Source: an uncultured Gemmatimonadaceae bacterium | GTDB taxonomy: Bacteria > Gemmatimonadota > Gemmatimonadetes > Longimicrobiales > RSA9 | Direction: 5' to 3' | DNA: 39,056 nt | NCBI GenBank assembly: GCA_964391035.1 | Contig: CAYMLW010000004.1 | Location: forward strand, 1-39,056 | Shown here: positions 36,207 through 39,056 of the stretch, in pieces | How positions within the stretch are numbered: position 1 is the first letter of the stretch | Layout: the number at the start of each line of letters is the position of its first letter | Notes under the pieces: generated by a model | The model's input: only the letters and a program-made list of their open reading frames with translations | The model's database searches: none | Told to the model about the DNA's origin: nothing | Position numbers and translations under genes: made by a program

Positions 36207-36320
36207 GCGAGCCGCTCTATTGCGTTCTAAGCGGCGCGACCCCCCCTCGGGTAGTACCATAGCGGGGGTCACCCTATCTCCCCGCAGACGAGCGCTAAGC
36301 CCCCTTAGCGTGGAAGCTAG
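36207..36320 (+). repeat. ~110-bp dispersed element, copy E
   Basis: GCGAGCCGCTCTATTGCGTTCTAAGCGGCGCGACCCCCCCTCGGGTAGTACCATAGCGGGGGT...AGACGAGCGCTAAGCCCCCTTAGCGTGGAAGCTAG. Confidence 0.9.
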
Positions 36321-36674
36321 CCCTCACGCTCAGGTGTCGAGCGGCTGCGCAAGCGAGCGGTCGCCGCTGGGGCGGCTCCCTCGCCGCCGAGCGCTCGATT
36401 TTCGCCAGCTCGCGCGCCTTAAGAGCTAAGCATCCCCGCAGTCCCGAGCCCCTCATGTCTGGTCGGCCTGGAGAGGACCGAAACCGCGAAACCGCAACCG
36501 CTCAAACCCTAGTGATTTAGATTGTAATCAGCGCTAGACGAAACGCGCGAGGCGCTGACCTAGCGGTTGTGTCAGCGGCTCCACCAAGTAACACAACAGT
36601 CTCGAAAACGACTGGCCCTAGGAGGCCCCGCCCCCTACCTTCCTCACCATCAACCACCGAAGTAGTGGGAGACC

Positions 36675-36947
36675 GTGAAGATGGCAGGCGAGGTCCAAAG
36701 CGAAGCGCGAGCGAGCGAAGCGAGCGAGCGCGTCTGGCGTCTGCTCTCGACCGAGCTAGACGCCGCCTACCTCGGAGAGGTCCAGGAGGACCACGAGCCC
36801 GAGCCGCTGGCCATCCCTGGGGTCACCCGCGGAACCACCGCCAAGTGCGTCCTCTGCGGAAATCCCACCATCTGGAGGAGCGAGCGAAACGGCGCCCCGG
36901 TGCACGAGCACTGCATGGCCGACTACGTGGAAGACAAGCGCAAATGA
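36675..36947 (+). CDS. hypothetical zinc-binding protein
   Basis: CVLCG...HEHC; ATGA overlap with whiB. Confidence 0.7.
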   Translation: MKMAGEVQSEARASEASERVWRLLSTELDAAYLGEVQEDHEPEPLAIPGVTRGTTAKCVLCGNPTIWRSERNGAPVHEHCMADYVEDKRK

Positions 36948-37273
36948 CCGCCCGAACCGACTGGACCGAGGCCCCCTGCGCCGAGGACGAGCACCGAGCC
37001 CCATTCCTGGCCGCCCTGGACGTTGGCCCGGACGGGCTCCTCAACGAGGACGGTGAGGTCGAGCCCCTCGACCCCGAGGAGCACGAGGGGATTGTTATGG
37101 CCCTCTCGGACGCCCTGGCCGTCTGCAAGCGGTGCCCCATCCGGGCCGAGTGCCTGGAGGCTGCCCTCACCAACGGTGAGGAGTACGGCGTGTGGGGCGG
37201 GACCCTTCCCGAGGAGCGAGCCGATGTGGCCGTCCTCGCCAAACGACTAGCACGAGAGGCTTTCCGTGAGTGA
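36944..37273 (+). CDS. whiB: WhiB-family transcription regulator
   Basis: W..APC...VCKRCPIRAECLE.AL...EEYGVWGG..PEER; long acidic insert between Cys1 and Cys2. Confidence 0.93.
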   Translation: MTARTDWTEAPCAEDEHRAPFLAALDVGPDGLLNEDGEVEPLDPEEHEGIVMALSDALAVCKRCPIRAECLEAALTNGEEYGVWGGTLPEERADVAVLAKRLAREAFRE

Positions 37274-37721
37274 CCTAGTTGCAATCATCGACGCCCTGGC
37301 CGCCAAGGTCCAGGCGCACGCTAGCGGAACCCTGCCGACCAGGACCCGCTACTACCTCTACCAGCAGCACCGAGGCATCACCGCGCAGGACGTGCCGGCG
37401 CTGGAGGTCTACCCCACCTCATCCGACCTCGAAACCGTGGCCACCGATGGGACGACGGCGTTTACACCGTCCATCACCCTGGCATGGCACAGCTCGGCGC
37501 AGTACGGGGCCGAGACCGGCGACCGGGCGGTCGATGAGCGGGTGGCCTCGACCGGCCTGGAGTACGCCGAGGCCGTCGTGCACGCGCTGCTCGATTTCGG
37601 GGCCACCTTCGAGGCCAACGGCATCACCTACGTGCTCGACCTCTCGCGCATGGTGTGGCGCCTCACCGAGGGGCTGACCTGGAGCTGCGAAATCGAGGTC
37701 GAGGTAGAGTACCTCCAGTGA
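37266..37721 (+). CDS. probable tail terminator / tail completion protein (displaced)
   Basis: 151 aa; N-terminal helix IIDALAAKVQ, PALEVYP, a central strand, helix YAEAVVHALL, terminal strand SCEIEVEVEY: the layout of gpU-like terminators. Confidence 0.55.
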   Translation: MSDLVAIIDALAAKVQAHASGTLPTRTRYYLYQQHRGITAQDVPALEVYPTSSDLETVATDGTTAFTPSITLAWHSSAQYGAETGDRAVDERVASTGLEYAEAVVHALLDFGATFEANGITYVLDLSRMVWRLTEGLTWSCEIEVEVEYLQ

Positions 37722-37966
37722 CCCCCGACGACCTCACCCCCGAGACCAGGGAAGCCCTGGAGTCCATCGGCCATCGCCTGCTCGCCAAGCCGGGGCCCCT
37801 GTGCCCGAGGTGTGGCGCTCGCGAGGTGGGCCGCAAGGGCGATTGGTGCCTGCCCTGCGAGGACCAAGCCGATGCCGAGCGCCGTGAGTCGCGCCTGGCC
37901 TCTCGACGGCGCTGGTGGCGCAACACCGGGGCCGACCGACGACGTGAAGCGAAGGACCGACCGTGA
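37718..37966 (+). CDS. small zinc-finger protein
   Basis: GTGA overlap; CPRCG...WCLPC plus a basic tail. Confidence 0.7.
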   Translation: MTPDDLTPETREALESIGHRLLAKPGPLCPRCGAREVGRKGDWCLPCEDQADAERRESRLASRRRWWRNTGADRRREAKDRP

Positions 37967-38229
37967 CAATCGTGCTCATTCTGGCAATCCTCTGGCTCGC
38001 CGCAGCTATGGCCTTCGGCTGGGCCGTCGCCTTCTGGCTGCTCCTGCTCCTGGCCCCCATCGCCGCCCTCGGCTCCCTGGCCGTGCAGCACTGGCTCATC
38101 GAGGAGGTGGCCAACCTCTCGACTGCCTGCCGGCCGCACACCGGGTCATTCGGGCCACCCGACACCCTCGATGAGGTGCGCGAGCGCGCCAAGCGTCGCC
38201 ACCCCTCCAACCAGGGGAAGCGCCAGTGA
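37963..38229 (+). CDS. small membrane protein
   Basis: AAGGA RBS, GTGA overlap; long hydrophobic N-terminal half. Confidence 0.65.
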   Translation: MTIVLILAILWLAAAMAFGWAVAFWLLLLLAPIAALGSLAVQHWLIEEVANLSTACRPHTGSFGPPDTLDEVRERAKRRHPSNQGKRQ

Positions 38230-38483
38230 GGCCCCCCAAGAGGCCGACCCCCTACCGCACGGCCGAGTATCGGCGCAATCGCCGAGCCGCCTTCGAGCGG
38301 GACGGCTGGACGTGCCGGGTGTGTCGGCGCCACTACACGCAGCTCCCCCGAGGCAAGGCCGACCTCACCGCGCAGCACATCGTGCCGTGGGAGGCCGGAG
38401 GAACCAACGCCGTCAGCAACCTGGCCGCCCTGTGCAACCAGTGTCATGGGCGCATGGACGGTGGCAGGAGGTACCGACGATGA
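38226..38483 (+). CDS. HNH endonuclease (terminase-associated, HK97 gp74-like position)
   Basis: RDGWTCRVC...HIVP...GGTN..SNL..LCNQCH; lies near the right genome end. Confidence 0.92.
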   Translation: MRPPKRPTPYRTAEYRRNRRAAFERDGWTCRVCRRHYTQLPRGKADLTAQHIVPWEAGGTNAVSNLAALCNQCHGRMDGGRRYRR

Positions 38484-38653
38484 GAGAGTGAACACTCAAC
38501 GGCGCCACCGTGCTGTTCCTGACCTTACTTCTAGCCCTGGTGGCAGGCGCCTGGCCCTGGCTTGAGGCGGCCATGCTCCCCATCGTGGTGCTGGCCTACG
38601 CCCTGATTGTCCGGGATGAGCTGAGGATGCACGACCGAGAGGACGCACCATGA
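38480..38653 (+). pseudogene. small membrane-protein gene with an in-frame TGA at codon 4, or a short gene starting downstream
   Basis: AGGAGG RBS and ATG 38480, TGA 38489-38491, then an open hydrophobic frame TLNGATVLFLTLLLALVAGAWPW... to an ATGA overlap at 38650. Confidence 0.45.
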
Positions 38654-38964
38654 GCGAGGAGCGACTGACCCCCGAGCAGCAGCTCGACCGCCAGGACGCT
38701 GCCCGTTCACTGGCCGCCCTGGCTCACGCTGTCGAGGCTGGCTACGAGCCCAAGCGCCGCAACGCTCTGCGCGGCATGGCCGAGGAGCACGGCGACCTCC
38801 TGGTGCCCGCAGCCGTGGGGCTCATCCGAGCCCTGGCGTACAGGCTGGCGAGGGTGCAGGACGTGTCACCTCATGCCATCCTGTTACGTTTCACTCACGA
38901 CGTGAGCGCCTTCGAGGCTGGTCTCCGGGTCAGGCTCGCTGATGAGGAGGGTGAGTCGGGGTGA
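38650..38964 (+). CDS. hypothetical protein
   Basis: GAGGA RBS; last ORF before the putative cos region. Confidence 0.7.
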   Translation: MSEERLTPEQQLDRQDAARSLAALAHAVEAGYEPKRRNALRGMAEEHGDLLVPAAVGLIRALAYRLARVQDVSPHAILLRFTHDVSAFEAGLRVRLADEEGESG

Positions 38965-39056
38965 CTCAGGTCTCACAGAATGGCTCTAATCGCCTCAAAT
39001 CGTGCTCCTGTTGCACTTTGGGGGCGGGGTTCGGAAACCTACAAGGGCGCCGACAC

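Larger units (their letters stand above)
1..39056. mobile_element. near-complete temperate siphophage genome (non-integrated form)
   Basis: Complete module set running from terS to HNH, internal integrase with an intact attP candidate, no flanking host genes. Confidence 0.9.

Noticed and set aside
2161-36320. CRISPR array or IS/MITE explanation for the repeats
   Set aside because: Copies are dispersed rather than regularly spaced, lack terminal inverted repeats and visible target duplications, and no cas operon or transposase is present.
36467-36495. Hammerhead ribozyme (CTGGAGAG...GAAA)
   Set aside because: The core deviates from CUGANGA and the required stems could not be built.
1-39056. 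Genome-wide stop-codon reassignment
   Set aside because: TAG and TGA end many clearly complete genes (portal, adaptor, tail proteins, primase), and no suppressor tRNA is seen.

Overview
The window looks like the essentially complete ~39-kb genome of a high-GC temperate siphovirus with an HK97-type head, probably infecting an actinobacterium (it carries WhiB and DUF3039-like genes). It is opened just upstream of terS. Gene order: terS, terL, portal, prohead protease, major capsid, head/fibre accessory genes, adaptor, tail tube, chaperones, tape measure, tail tip, amidase endolysin (to 19.4 kb); nuclease-like gene and dNMP kinase; a small leftward block with a large serine integrase and a candidate intact attP (22913-22970); replication genes (exonuclease, resolvase, SSB, sigma factor, primase-polymerase/helicase); a cluster of small genes; WhiB; HNH endonuclease. 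Structure the gene list does not explain: (1) a ~110-bp dispersed element with helically phased arms, in five full and two partial copies, two pairs of which bracket gene cassettes; (2) a 56-aa ORF coupled to the integrase that resembles the integrase's own C-terminus, plus an apparently frameshifted integrase tail running through attP; (3) a transcription-oriented 12-mer at about 20 gene junctions; (4) 13 copies of GTTTACAC in several reading frames; (5) apparent total absence of GATC; (6) a tail-terminator-like gene far from the tail operon; (7) a tRNA minihelix-like RNA. All calls were made by eye, with no database searches.
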